Of a stretch of DNA of 64,000 nucleotides, positions 1 to 10,627 are shown piece after piece. The translations under genes were made by a program, and so were the position numbers. The DNA is from Bacteroidales bacterium (lineage in GTDB: Bacteria; Bacteroidota; Bacteroidia; Bacteroidales; WRLA01): assembly GCA_965230045.1 (NCBI GenBank), contig OZ245940.1, forward strand, positions 1,679,403 through 1,743,402, written 5' to 3'. Within the stretch, counting starts at the first letter, position 1. Each line of letters opens with the position of its first letter. The notes under the pieces were generated by a model that was given only the letters and a program-made list of their open reading frames with translations, was not told the origin of the DNA and made no database searches.

Positions 1-1
1 G

Positions 2-2230
2 AAACTTCAGTATTACAAGCTTGGCGAAAATACGTGGAATGATTTTGGTAAAGTTGTAACCCGTAGCATTTCCGGAAATCAGGATGAAGGCTTAGGCATG
101 CTGGTGGCACTGTTGGAGTACGTCCCTGCAGGAGAGTACCGCTTTCGGGTTGTTCACTATGCCAATTCTACCAGTGTTGAAACCATGAACACCAATCTGG
201 TGGCTTTGGGTCTTTGCACCAGTGAAGGGACGATTTTTCCCGCTTTTTCCGAATGCTCCGATCCGGGTGTGGAAGCCAGGACCAGCCTGACAACATATAC
301 GAATGCTTTAGACCGGCCACTGATGCCCGACTCAACGGCAAGTTTATTGCAACATGCGCAGTTTTCCATGGTGGCTACCGATGTGTCGGATTCACCGGAA
401 TACACACTAAATGTTGATAATGGTGCTACAACAAATGTTTATACTATGCGGCAGTATATTTCCGGAAAGGATGATATCCAGGCTGGAAGCATTGTGGGAT
501 TAACTGAAGACCTGATCGAGAACCAAAGTTATCTTGCCTCATTGCAGCATAAAAGTACCAGTGGCATTACTTTAACAACTTATGATATCAGCCTTGTGGG
601 TATCATGCTTGCCGACCGTCCTGCACCGGGCTTTTGGCAGGGTTCTGTTAATGATGACTGGCATACTGCGGCAAACTGGTTCGATCGGGAAGTGCCTTCA
701 ATTGATGACCATGTTACCATTCCGGATGGATGTACTTATTATCCCGTAGTGGATCAAAATGCAAGCTGCCAGAGTGTTACCATTGAGCCGGGCGGCTATT
801 GCGAATTAAGCAGTGGATTTACTTTAACGGTGGTCAAGGATGTGTATCTGCAACATGGAGCTTCTTTTATCGAAAACGGAACTTTATCGCATGGAGGAAA
901 TGTATTTGTGGATATCGCCATGGAAAAACATGTGTACCACTATATGAGCAGTCCGGTAAATAATACGACAACAGCTTTTTCTGCTCTGGATCCAGCATTG
1001 AACCTTGCCGAAGGAGATGATTTTTTCTATTGGGATGAAAGTGATTTATCGGGCGATGGCCCGCTTTGGATCAATATCCGTAACAGCGACCTTTGGAATA
1101 CTTCCGGCTTCGAGATCGGGAAAGGCTATGCGATGAGTTTTAATGAAACAACAGCGGATCAGATTATTACCCTGACCGCAGCAGATTTTAATACAGGCAG
1201 TTATACGGTGCCGGTCAGCAGGGTGGCTGATAATACATCCTATTACTACAGCGGCTGGAATCTCATCGGAAATCCGTATCCATCCAATATCAATATTCTG
1301 GAGTTTTTATCGCAGAATTCTGCTTCTGTTTGGGGTGCTGCATATTTTTGGGATGAAGGCCCTGACTGGGAATGGCCAAGAACAAGCGATTATGCTTCGA
1401 TTAATGATTTGGGAGCTGTCAGCACAGGTGGGGCAGGAAATGCACCCACAAACTATGCTGCCGTGGGACAGGCTTTTATGGTCTATTGCTCAAAAGAAGG
1501 AACTTCGCAGGTGAGTTTTAATGATAATATGCGCTATGGAAATTCCGCATTTTATTTTAAGGAAGAAAAAGCAGAACACCCAAAAATAAAACTGGCTTTA
1601 CAACACGAAAAGGCCGGTTATAATGAGCTGCTTATCGGTTTTCGTCCGGATGCTACTTTAGGAATGGATCATTTTTATGATGCCCCGAAGCTGGGCGGTA
1701 ATCCCAATTTCTATATCTGTATGCTTTCGCCGGAACCAAATGCCGGTCAGGATCTCTGCATACAGGGGCTGCCACTTGATTTTGCTTCATCTGTTCGGGT
1801 GCCTTTGATGATTTACTGCAATATGGACGGGCCGGTTTCTTTGGAAATTGTGGAAGAAGAATGCCTGACTGGATTTGCAGAAGTATATCTGGTTTCCGAT
1901 GATAAAATGATCGCCCTGAAACCCGGCTCAAAAATAGAGCTGGACGTTGAATCCGGTACTTTTGACGAAAAATACAGCCTGTTGTTCCTGAAGTCCAATG
2001 CAGTGCAGGAAACAGAGAAGAATCACGGACTATTCTATGCTGCCGGTAATAAGCAGCTTGATTATGGTGGGGGTGAATTTCCTGGAAATATCAGGATTTA
2101 CAATGTGGCCGGGGCAAAGGTTTTTGATGGAAAATGGAGGGGTGGCATTAGACTTCCGCAAGCCGGCGTTTATGTGATCAGTGCGGTTATAAAGGGCAGG
2201 CATTTTGCCCAAAAAGTGCTGATATTATAA
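2..2230 (+). CDS. Secreted protein with type-A T9SS (Por) C-terminal sorting domain; 5' end probably outside the window
   Basis: The frame of ORF 98..2230 stays open back to base 2 with no stop, so ATG-98 may be internal. The last ~80 aa (..IRIYNVAGAKVFDG..LPQAGVYVISAVIKG..KVLIL) resemble a T9SS CTD. Confidence 0.7.
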   Translation, partial: KLQYYKLGENTWNDFGKVVTRSISGNQDEGLGMLVALLEYVPAGEYRFRVVHYANSTSVETMNTNLVALGLCTSEGTIFPAFSECSDPGVEARTSLTTYTNALDRPLMPDSTASLLQHAQFSMVATDVSDSPEYTLNVDNGATTNVYTMRQYISGKDDIQAGSIVGLTEDLIENQSYLASLQHKSTSGITLTTYDISLVGIMLADRPAPGFWQGSVNDDWHTAANWFDREVPSIDDHVTIPDGCTYYPVVDQNASCQSVTIEPGGYCELSSGFTLTVVKDVYLQHGASFIENGTLSHGGNVFVDIAMEKHVYHYMSSPVNNTTTAFSALDPALNLAEGDDFFYWDESDLSGDGPLWINIRNSDLWNTSGFEIGKGYAMSFNETTADQIITLTAADFNTGSYTVPVSRVADNTSYYYSGWNLIGNPYPSNINILEFLSQNSASVWGAAYFWDEGPDWEWPRTSDYASINDLGAVSTGGAGNAPTNYAAVGQAFMVYCSKEGTSQVSFNDNMRYGNSAFYFKEEKAEHPKIKLALQHEKAGYNELLIGFRPDATLGMDHFYDAPKLGGNPNFYICMLSPEPNAGQDLCIQGLPLDFASSVRVPLMIYCNMDGPVSLEIVEEECLTGFAEVYLVSDDKMIALKPGSKIELDVESGTFDEKYSLLFLKSNAVQETEKNHGLFYAAGNKQLDYGGGEFPGNIRIYNVAGAKVFDGKWRGGIRLPQAGVYVISAVIKGRHFAQKVLIL

Positions 2231-2282
2231 AAAAAGGCAACCAGTCGGCCGCCTTCTATGAGATTGTAATTCGGAAAAAATA

Positions 2283-3296
2283 CTAAACAACGGTATGTTT
2301 CTTAAAAATCTGATCCGATTTCATCAGTATATCCACATATTGGGCGCGCTTATAAACAAAGGGATCCTTGATTTTTTTGCGGCTGAGTTTGCCTTTAAAA
2401 TCATCAATTTTTTCATAAGCTTTGCCGTTCATCCATTCTTCCAAATCTTTCAGCATCGTGCTGATATGGTCGATTTGGAATTTGAACAACGCGCTGACTA
2501 CCTGAACGGCATCTGCGCCGGCCAGCAGCATTTTGATTACATCTTTGCCCTGGTAAATTCCTGTATTGGCGCAAATTGACGCATCCACCTGTCCGGCAAG
2601 CAGACCGGCAAAACGGATTGCCAGGCGGTTGTCTTCTTCGTTGCTGAGGTTGTAGGGGAAATGATGCGTCTCGCTATCAATATCGATGTCGGGTTGGAAA
2701 AAACGGTTGAACATGACCACGGCATCGGCTCCGGCTTCGCTCATCTTGCTTACAACCAAGGGAATATTGGCATAAAACGGACTGATTTTAACCCCCACAG
2801 GAATACTTACTTTCGATTTGATCTCGCGGATAATATCCAGTTGTTCTTTTACAATTTCAATGCCCGGGCGGCTTTCGTTTTGTGGGTTTGCATAAAAGTT
2901 GAGCTCAATAGCATCTATCCCGGTTTTTTCAATTTCCATTGCCATATCGCCCCAGCTTTCCCTGTAAACAGCATTGAGGCTGGCAATCAGTGGGATGCTG
3001 ATGGCTTTGCGGGCTTCTTTCAATTCCATTAAGAAAGCTTTCGGACCACTGTGCTCCAAATCAGGAAATAAGCGGATCATCTCGGCATTGCGGTCTTCAA
3101 ATTCGCTCATGCCCTCTTCCATCTGTAGGTTTTCCAAATGGATCTGCTCCTCAAAAAGCGATTTATAAACAACAGCTGCAGCGCCGCTTTCTTCCATTTT
3201 TTTGAGATACTCAATATTGGTTGCCAGATTGCTGGCTCCTACAATTATGGGGTTTTTTAGCTCTAATCCCATATAATTTGTTTTCAAATCTGCCAT
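2283..3296 (-). CDS. Dihydroorotate dehydrogenase-like protein (class 1 DHOD/DPD TIM-barrel family)
   Basis: 337 aa with ATG start. The N-terminus MGLELKNPIIVGAS.. and the overall pattern fit the PyrD-like flavoenzyme family. Transcribed divergently from PFOR. Confidence 0.75.
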   Translation of the reverse strand: MADLKTNYMGLELKNPIIVGASNLATNIEYLKKMEESGAAAVVYKSLFEEQIHLENLQMEEGMSEFEDRNAEMIRLFPDLEHSGPKAFLMELKEARKAISIPLIASLNAVYRESWGDMAMEIEKTGIDAIELNFYANPQNESRPGIEIVKEQLDIIREIKSKVSIPVGVKISPFYANIPLVVSKMSEAGADAVVMFNRFFQPDIDIDSETHHFPYNLSNEEDNRLAIRFAGLLAGQVDASICANTGIYQGKDVIKMLLAGADAVQVVSALFKFQIDHISTMLKDLEEWMNGKAYEKIDDFKGKLSRKKIKDPFVYKRAQYVDILMKSDQIFKKHTVV

Positions 3297-3595
3297 GTTG
3301 GTGATGTTTTGATTATTAATTTTGGTATTTCAATGCTTAAATTGTTGTGCGTTTATTGAATAATTATACATTGCCTGATTTGTGGATAATTGTTGTTTTT
3401 AGTAGAAAAGAATCTTGTAGTCTGAATGAGTTTCGGCAGAATGAATTATTCCAACTGGCTTATAAACAGCCGACAATCTGATTTTGTTTAGGAGGGTTTA
3501 AATTAAATTGCTTCTAAATAAGCTGAAATTATGCTTAATTAACAAAAAGGGGGCGCTGAACGGGTGCAAAATTATTAATTTCGCACGGATTTAGG

Positions 3596-3603
3596 TAAGT
3601 TTG
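3596..3603 (+). promoter_or_regulatory. Candidate Bacteroidota -7 promoter box (TAAGTTTG) upstream of PFOR
   Basis: Matches TAnnTTTG about 47 bp upstream of ATG-3650. No clear -33 TTTG was seen. Confidence 0.3.
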
Positions 3604-3649
3604 AAAATGTAAACTGCTTAAAATAAGGCAAATAAATATTAATGGAATT

Positions 3650-6600
3650 ATGGAAAAGAAAAAGAATTTTATCACATGCGACGGGAACATGGCGGCATCA
3701 CATTGTGCCTACATGTTCAGCGAAGTTGCAGCCATTTATCCAATTACGCCATCATCTACAATGGCCGAGTATATTGATGAGTGGGCTGCTTTTGGCAGAA
3801 AGAACATTTTTGGAGAGGAAGTTAAGGTTGTTGAAATGCAATCTGAAGGTGGTGCTGCCGGTGCTGTACACGGTTCCCTGCAGTCAGGTGCTCTAACTTC
3901 AACATTTACTGCATCACAGGGGCTCCTGCTGATGATTCCTAATATGTACAAAATTTCCGGTGAACTCCTTCCGGGCGTTTTCCACGTAAGTGCACGTAGC
4001 CTTGCAGCTCAGGCACTTTCGATTTTTGGCGATCACTCCGATGTGATGAGTGCACGTCAAACCGGATTTGCTTTCATGGCTACAGGAAGTATCCAGCAGA
4101 TTATGGATCTGGCAGGCGTTGCGCACCTTGCTTCGATTAAGTCCAGTATTCCTTTCGTTCATTTCTTCGATGGTTTCCGTTCTTCGCACGAAATTCAAAA
4201 AGTGGAAGCTCCTTCTACCGAAGATATGGCTAAACTGGTCGATTATGAAGCATTGCAGCGTTTCCGCGATAATGCACTCAATCCTGAGCATCCCGTAACA
4301 CGCGGTACTGCACAAAACCCGGATATCTACTTCCAGGCACGCGAAGCAGCAAACAAATTCTATGATGTTGTTCCCGATATCGTTGAAGATTATATGCAGG
4401 AAATCACAAAACTGACCGGACGTGAATACCATCCGTTCACTTATTGTGGTGCCCCTGATGCCGAGAACGTAATCATTGCAATGGGTTCTGTAACCGAAAC
4501 CATCCGCGAAGTAATTGAAGCACGTGTTGCCAATGGCGAAAAAATCGGTCTGGTAAGCGTACACCTTTATCGTCCGTTCTCAGCAAAATATTTCTTTAAG
4601 GCGATTCCTGAAACAGTGAAACGTATTGCTGTACTTGACCGCACAAAAGAACCGGGCGCAAACGGCGAACCATTGTACCTCGACGTAAAAGACCTCTATT
4701 ACGGAAAGGAAAATGCGCCTCTGATCGTAGGCGGACGTTATGGCCTCAGCTCTAAAGATACTACTCCTTCGCAAATTGTTGCGGTTCTCGATAACCTTGC
4801 TGCTGCTGAACCAAAGAATGGTTTCACCGTAGGTATCGAAGACGACGTTACTTTCAAATCGCTGCCACTGGGCGAGGAAGTGAGCTTTGCCCCTGAAGGA
4901 ACATATGAAGCAAAATTCTACGGCTTGGGTTCTGATGGTACTGTGGGTGCCAACAAAAACTCGATTAAAATTATTGGTGACAATACCGATAAATTTGTTC
5001 AGGCATATTTTGCTTACGACAGTAAGAAATCCGGTGGTTTCACAGCATCGCACCTGCGTTTCGGTGATAAACCCATCCGTTCTACTTATCTGGTAAATAC
5101 TCCTGATTTTGTTGCTTGCCACGTTCCTGCATATCTCGAAATGTACGATATGCTCAAGGGAATCAAGCCGGGCGGTACATTCCTTTTCAACTCTATTTGG
5201 GATGCAGAGGAAACCAAGAAGCGCCTTCCGGACCATATGAAGAAAACGCTGGCCGAAAAGAATATCAATTTCTACATCATCAATGCCACCAGCATTGCCG
5301 AAGAAATTGGTCTCGGTACTCGTACAAATACAATCATGCAATCTGCTTTCTTTAAAGTAGCCGAAATTATTCCTTACGAGCAGGCCGTTGAACAAATGAA
5401 GGTTTTCATTAAGAAATCCTATGGCCGTAAAGGTGAGGAAATCGTAAAAATGAACAATGCTGCTGTTGACCGTGGCGGCGATGTAACTAAAGTAGAGGTC
5501 CCTGCTGATTGGGCTGATATAGTTGTTGTACCAAAGGAAGAAAGGGATGTTCCTGATTTCATCAAAAACGTAGCGGATCCAATTAACGCTCAAAAAGGTG
5601 ATGACCTTCCGGTAAGTGCATTCATCAACCGTGAAGACGGTACTTTCCCATCAGGTACAACAAAATATGAAAAACGTGGTGTAGCTGTGAACGTCCCGGA
5701 ATGGATTTCCGGAAACTGTATCCAGTGTAACCAGTGTGCTTACGTTTGTCCGCATGCTGCAATCCGTCCGTTCCTGCTCAACGAAGATGAAGTTGCCAAT
5801 GCTCCTGCAAATACAGAAACAATCAAAGCCAATGGTAAAGCTGCTGCCGGACTCCAGTTCCGCATCCAGGTGAGCCCGCTCGATTGTACAGGCTGCGGTA
5901 ACTGTGCCGACGTTTGTCCTGCGAAAAACAAAGCGCTTGTTATGAAGCATCTGGAAACTCAGATGGATGAAAAAGAACGTTTTGAATATATGGACGAAAA
6001 AGTGGGATACAAAGAAAAAGTATTCGACAAAAAGACCAATTTGAAGAGCAGTCAGTTTGCACAGCCATTGTTTGAGTTCTCCGGAGCTTGTGCCGGCTGT
6101 GGTGAAACACCATACATCAAACTGATCACTCAACTCTTTGGCGAGCGCATGATGATTGCTAACGCTACAGGTTGTTCTTCAATTTATGGTGGTTCTGCTC
6201 CATCTACTCCATACTGCGCCAATTACGAATCAGGTCATGGTCCTGCATGGGCAAATTCATTGTTCGAAGATAATGCCGAATATGGTTTCGGTATGGCAAC
6301 CGGTGTTGACAAACTCCGTGAGCGTATCGCATTGCGCATGACAACTTCTATGGAAAACGGTATTTCAAATGAACTGAAAGCGGCTTACCAGAAGTGGATC
6401 GAAAATATGCATGATGCTGATGGTTCGAAAGCTGCTACAGAAGAGCTGATGCCATTGCTGAAAGCTGCTGATGACCAAACAGCCAAAGAAATCCTCAGCC
6501 TTGAGCAGTACCTCGTGAAAAAATCCGTTTGGGTTATCGGTGGTGACGGCTGGGCTTACGATATCGGATACGGCGGCCTCGACCACGTTATTGCTTCCGG

Positions 6601-7186
6601 TCAGGATATCAACCTGCTGGTACTCGATACCGAAGTATATTCCAATACAGGCGGTCAGTCTTCTAAATCTACTCCGGTTGGCGCTGTAGCGAAATTTGCT
6701 GCCAGCGGTAAAAAAGTCCGGAAAAAAGACCTTGGTGCTATGGCCATGACTTATGGTTATGTTTATGTGGCACAGGTTGCAATGGGTGCAAGCCAGGCGC
6801 AATTCTTTAAAGCAGTGAAAGAAGCCGAAGCTTATCCCGGACCATCCATCATTATTGCTTATGCTCCTTGTATCAACCACGGCCTGCGTGCAGGTATGGG
6901 CAAAACACAGGAAGAAGAAAAGCAAGCTGTGCAGGCCGGTTACTGGCACCTTTATCGCTATAACCCTGATCTGGAAGAAGAAGGTAAAAACCCATTCCAA
7001 ATCGATAGCAAAGAACCCGACTGGAACCTCTTCCAGGATTTTCTTAACGGTGAAGTTCGTTATACATCACTGAAAAAATCCTTCCCGGAAGAAGCTAAAG
7101 AACTCTTTGTTAAAGCAGAAGAAAATGCAAAATGGCGCTATAAACAATACCAGCGCCTTGCTGCAATGGATTTCTCAAAAGAGTAA
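3650..7186 (+). CDS. nifJ: Pyruvate:ferredoxin (flavodoxin) oxidoreductase, single-chain
   Basis: 1178 aa. Two ferredoxin-type cluster motifs (CIQCNQCAYVCPHA, CTGCGNCADVCPA) and the TPP motif GGDGWAYDIGYGGLDH. Length is typical of NifJ/PFOR. Confidence 0.95.
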   Translation: MEKKKNFITCDGNMAASHCAYMFSEVAAIYPITPSSTMAEYIDEWAAFGRKNIFGEEVKVVEMQSEGGAAGAVHGSLQSGALTSTFTASQGLLLMIPNMYKISGELLPGVFHVSARSLAAQALSIFGDHSDVMSARQTGFAFMATGSIQQIMDLAGVAHLASIKSSIPFVHFFDGFRSSHEIQKVEAPSTEDMAKLVDYEALQRFRDNALNPEHPVTRGTAQNPDIYFQAREAANKFYDVVPDIVEDYMQEITKLTGREYHPFTYCGAPDAENVIIAMGSVTETIREVIEARVANGEKIGLVSVHLYRPFSAKYFFKAIPETVKRIAVLDRTKEPGANGEPLYLDVKDLYYGKENAPLIVGGRYGLSSKDTTPSQIVAVLDNLAAAEPKNGFTVGIEDDVTFKSLPLGEEVSFAPEGTYEAKFYGLGSDGTVGANKNSIKIIGDNTDKFVQAYFAYDSKKSGGFTASHLRFGDKPIRSTYLVNTPDFVACHVPAYLEMYDMLKGIKPGGTFLFNSIWDAEETKKRLPDHMKKTLAEKNINFYIINATSIAEEIGLGTRTNTIMQSAFFKVAEIIPYEQAVEQMKVFIKKSYGRKGEEIVKMNNAAVDRGGDVTKVEVPADWADIVVVPKEERDVPDFIKNVADPINAQKGDDLPVSAFINREDGTFPSGTTKYEKRGVAVNVPEWISGNCIQCNQCAYVCPHAAIRPFLLNEDEVANAPANTETIKANGKAAAGLQFRIQVSPLDCTGCGNCADVCPAKNKALVMKHLETQMDEKERFEYMDEKVGYKEKVFDKKTNLKSSQFAQPLFEFSGACAGCGETPYIKLITQLFGERMMIANATGCSSIYGGSAPSTPYCANYESGHGPAWANSLFEDNAEYGFGMATGVDKLRERIALRMTTSMENGISNELKAAYQKWIENMHDADGSKAATEELMPLLKAADDQTAKEILSLEQYLVKKSVWVIGGDGWAYDIGYGGLDHVIASGQDINLLVLDTEVYSNTGGQSSKSTPVGAVAKFAASGKKVRKKDLGAMAMTYGYVYVAQVAMGASQAQFFKAVKEAEAYPGPSIIIAYAPCINHGLRAGMGKTQEEEKQAVQAGYWHLYRYNPDLEEEGKNPFQIDSKEPDWNLFQDFLNGEVRYTSLKKSFPEEAKELFVKAEENAKWRYKQYQRLAAMDFSKE

Positions 7187-7206
7187 CATAAATCCACATT
7201 ATATCA

Positions 7207-7235
7207 AAAGGCGGACTTCGGTTCGCCTTTTTTTT
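7207..7235 (+). terminator. Rho-independent terminator after PFOR
   Basis: GC stem GGCGGAC/GTTCGCC with a TTCG loop, followed by a T8 run. Confidence 0.8.
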
Positions 7236-7289
7236 ATGCCTTTTGCCTTTGCTTTGCGTCATTTTAGTAATTTGCCGAAAATTTGAACT

Positions 7290-8102
7290 ATGAAAAAAAT
7301 CAATGGAATTTTATTGTTTGCCCTGGCTTCTGTCTTCATTTTTTCATCATGTATGAAAATGGAATCCAATGAGCAAAAATCTGTAAAACAGGGAATTAAC
7401 GATTATATGCTGTTGGCAACAGTCTATCAGCAAAATGCAGCGGAAACCCGGGCGCTCTGCTATCAGGCGTTTCATGCCGCAAAGCTTTCGCTGGATGCGC
7501 AACTCTCTGAATTTAACAGCGATAAAAAACCATGCGTTGTAGTGGATATCGACGAAACCATGCTCGACAACAGCCCTTTTGAAGTGAAATGTATTTTGGA
7601 TCAGACCAATTATCCTGTGGGATGGGATGAATGGATCAATAAAGCAGAGGCAAAAGTCATTCCCGGTGCCCTTGCTTTTACGAATTATGCCAAAGAAAAA
7701 GGGGTGGAGGTTTTCTATATCACAAACCGTAAGCAGAAATACATGGAGCAAACACTGGATAATCTGCGGAAGCAGGATTTTCCTTTTGCTGATACAGCTC
7801 ATTTGATGTTAAGGACCACAACTTCCGATAAGCAGGCGCGCCGTGATAAAGTGATGGAAAATTATGAAATCCTGATCCTTGCCGGAGATAACCTGGCCGA
7901 TTTTGATCAAGTGTTCGTAAACCGGAATTTGGCTGACCGAAAGACTTTGACCGACCAGATGAAAGATGAATTTGGTCATCGGTTTATTGTGTTGCCCAAT
8001 ACCACTTATGGCGATTGGGAATCGGCCATTTATGAAGGAAAGTACGATCTGAGCCCACAACAGAAAGTAGAAAAACTGAAATCTGTTTTGCAGGGGTTTT
8101 AA
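7290..8102 (+). CDS. Class C acid phosphatase / 5'-nucleotidase, lipoprotein e(P4) family
   Basis: Signal peptide plus lipobox (..IFSSC). Both DDDD signature motifs are present: VVVDIDETMLDN and LAGDNLADF. Confidence 0.85.
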   Translation: MKKINGILLFALASVFIFSSCMKMESNEQKSVKQGINDYMLLATVYQQNAAETRALCYQAFHAAKLSLDAQLSEFNSDKKPCVVVDIDETMLDNSPFEVKCILDQTNYPVGWDEWINKAEAKVIPGALAFTNYAKEKGVEVFYITNRKQKYMEQTLDNLRKQDFPFADTAHLMLRTTTSDKQARRDKVMENYEILILAGDNLADFDQVFVNRNLADRKTLTDQMKDEFGHRFIVLPNTTYGDWESAIYEGKYDLSPQQKVEKLKSVLQGF

Positions 8103-8154
8103 ATGATTTGTTAAAAACAAGCCAGGGGCGCAATGCAGCGCACCCCTTTTACTT

Positions 8155-8697
8155 TTAACCCACAATTACCATGTCCATCGGAACATCCTTATCATCCGCA
8201 GGTATTTGATCAAAAAACTGAAAATCAAAACAAATGCCGGTTTTTGTGGCCTTGCTGTTTTTGAGCAGTTTGTCATAGAATGCCTTGCCACGGCCCATGC
8301 GGTTGTTATGCTTATCAAATGCCTGTCCGGGGACGACAATCAGATCAATATCTTCAGCATTTGCTTTTAATCCTGCAATGGGTTCCGGAATGCCGTATTT
8401 ATCGCCGCTTTCCATTTGCTTCAAGCCATCGAAACGCCGGATTTCGATCTCATCACCAATAATTGCAGGGAGGAAAATTTGTTTTTTTGAACTCCAGTCC
8501 ACCACAAAATCATGGGTAAACACTTCGTCTTTCATCGACCAAAACATCATGATGTTCCGGCTGTTTTGAAATTCGGGGCATTGGCTTAATTGCCTGAGCA
8601 CTTCCCGTGATTTTCGTTTGTGTTCATTAGCGGGAAATGTTTTAAAAAGGACTTTGATTTGCTTGCGCAATGCTTTTTTTTGTTCAAAAATATCCAT
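8155..8697 (-). CDS. 5-formyltetrahydrofolate cyclo-ligase
   Basis: Family-typical N-terminus (KKALRKQIK..) and C-terminal GxGxGFYD-like motif (MGRGKAFYDK). The track start at 8706 is a TTG, so the first ATG at 8697 is preferred. Confidence 0.8.
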   Translation of the reverse strand: MDIFEQKKALRKQIKVLFKTFPANEHKRKSREVLRQLSQCPEFQNSRNIMMFWSMKDEVFTHDFVVDWSSKKQIFLPAIIGDEIEIRRFDGLKQMESGDKYGIPEPIAGLKANAEDIDLIVVPGQAFDKHNNRMGRGKAFYDKLLKNSKATKTGICFDFQFFDQIPADDKDVPMDMVIVG

Positions 8698-8764
8698 GGG
8701 AAACAAAATACAAAAAAAGCCGACAATTAAGTTATGCCGGCTTAATTATATTTATAAAACTTAA

Positions 8765-10531
8765 TTATTCAATAATCATATCAAACGGCACCCGCGCCTT
8801 AACACGTTCCCCATCAGCAAGATGCTTGATGCCTTTGGCGTATTTGCCATAAGGTCCGAGCAGTTGTTCTGCTTCGATTTTCGCATTTCCCCTAAGGTCG
8901 GAAAGGATTTGCTCAAAAGGATCTTTGCGCTCGGGAAGTACATCAAGCTTATAGTTTTCTACGCCAATTTTTTCTGCGGCATAGGCCAGGGCATCTTCCA
9001 GATTTCCGTATGCATCCACAAGGCCCAATCCTAAAGCATCCACTCCTGACCAAACACGACCCTGACCAATACTGTCAACATATTCGGGCGTCATGTTGCG
9101 GCCTTCTGCAACGTGATGGATAAAGGTTTGGTAAATGTCGTTGACACCTCTTTGCATCACCTCGCGCTGGTAAGGCGAAAGTGGCTTCATGATGCCGAAG
9201 TAGTCAGCGTTTTTGTTGGTGCTGACCTCGTCAATATTTACGCCCAGTATTTCATTCATGGCTTTTTGTGCATTGGGAATCAGGCCAAATACACCAATGG
9301 AACCGGTAAGTGTGGTTTTGTCGGCAAAGATGTGGTCGGCCTTACAGCTGATATAATATCCGCCCGAAGCGGCATAATCGCCCATGGAAACAATAAATGG
9401 CTTGGCTTTTTTCGCCAGTTCTGCTTCGCGCAGGATGATTTCACTGGCCAAAGCACTGCCACCGGGAGAGTTTACGCGTAGTACAATTGCTTTCACTTTG
9501 TCGTCTAAACGTGCTTTGCGTATGGCTTTGCTGATGCCTTCCGAACCAATAAGCTGGTCGCCGCCTTTGCCCATCACAATTTCGCCGGAAGCATAAATTA
9601 CAGCAATGCGGTTTTTGAAATCCAATGTACGCTCAACCGGCCATGGTGCCTTATGGTAATCAGCAAGTGAAACCGTTTTTAAATCATCCGGATTGTCCAC
9701 TTTTCCTTCTTCCATGAGCATCGCCAAAAATTCATCTTTGTAAATCAGCTCATCAATCATATTCAGTTCTTTGGCTTCTTTGCCGGAAGTTGCAGTGAGT
9801 TCATCAGCGATTTTGTTCAGCTCATCAATGCTGATGTTGCGTGCTGTGGAAATATCCGCCAGCATGGCATCCCAAATACTGTTGAGCAGTTTCTCCATTT
9901 GTTCGCGGTTGGCTTCGCTCATTTTGTTGAGCACGAAAGGCTCCACAGCGCTTTTGTATTTTCCAACGCGGATCACCTGCATCTCAATATCGAGTTTATC
10001 GAGCAGCCCTTTGTAGAACATGATCTGCGCACCCAAACCTTTGAAAGTAAAACTGCCTTCAGGGTTCACACAGATTTTGTCCGTTGCGGTTGCCAGATAA
10101 TAGGCGCCCTGTCCCATATCGTTGGCGTAGGTATAAATAAATTTACCTGATTCCTTGAATTTCACGATGGCTTCACGGATTTCCTGAATATTGGCTATTC
10201 CGCCGCTCAGTCCTTCAACATTGAGGTAAACACCAATGATTTTCGGATCAACGGCAGCTTTTTCCAGATTCTGCGTTATCCGGTCGAGTCCCATGGCTTT
10301 TTCGTTCATGCCCGGATAAATCTCCGACAGGTCGAAAGGCATATTCGGTTCGCGGTCAACCACAGGGTTGTCGAGCTTCAAAACCAAAATACTGTTGTTT
10401 TCCACTATGGTTTCTTTTTCCGACATGCTTACCATGGCCGAGATCATGGCAAAAATGAAGATAAAAACCAGGAAAAGGGTCACAATTGTCCCCAGAACGG
10501 AGGCAAAGAAAAATTTGAAAAATTGCTTCAT
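8765..10531 (-). CDS. sppA: Signal peptide peptidase SppA, 67K type (two S49 domains)
   Basis: 588 aa with an N-terminal TM helix and two ClpP/crotonase-like S49 halves (..ASGGYY..). Confidence 0.9.
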   Translation of the reverse strand: MKQFFKFFFASVLGTIVTLFLVFIFIFAMISAMVSMSEKETIVENNSILVLKLDNPVVDREPNMPFDLSEIYPGMNEKAMGLDRITQNLEKAAVDPKIIGVYLNVEGLSGGIANIQEIREAIVKFKESGKFIYTYANDMGQGAYYLATATDKICVNPEGSFTFKGLGAQIMFYKGLLDKLDIEMQVIRVGKYKSAVEPFVLNKMSEANREQMEKLLNSIWDAMLADISTARNISIDELNKIADELTATSGKEAKELNMIDELIYKDEFLAMLMEEGKVDNPDDLKTVSLADYHKAPWPVERTLDFKNRIAVIYASGEIVMGKGGDQLIGSEGISKAIRKARLDDKVKAIVLRVNSPGGSALASEIILREAELAKKAKPFIVSMGDYAASGGYYISCKADHIFADKTTLTGSIGVFGLIPNAQKAMNEILGVNIDEVSTNKNADYFGIMKPLSPYQREVMQRGVNDIYQTFIHHVAEGRNMTPEYVDSIGQGRVWSGVDALGLGLVDAYGNLEDALAYAAEKIGVENYKLDVLPERKDPFEQILSDLRGNAKIEAEQLLGPYGKYAKGIKHLADGERVKARVPFDMIIE

Positions 10532-10627
10532 GATAAAAGTTTTTGGAGTGATTTGAATGCAATATTACTAAGAAAAATTCAAAAACGGAACATGAAAACC
10601 TTTCCGTAGGGACATCTTTCAATAGGG

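Noticed and set aside
4580-5593. Long antisense ORFs: 4580..5593 and 3914..4564 in PFOR, 32225..33088 in the S41 peptidase, 51193..52185 in clpB, 55429..56280 in the TPR gene, 13901..14713, 26399..26917 and 17328..17972.
   Set aside because: Each is fully embedded opposite a gene with strong family motifs. Their translations are low-complexity or Cys/His/Phe-rich, as is typical of antisense frames.
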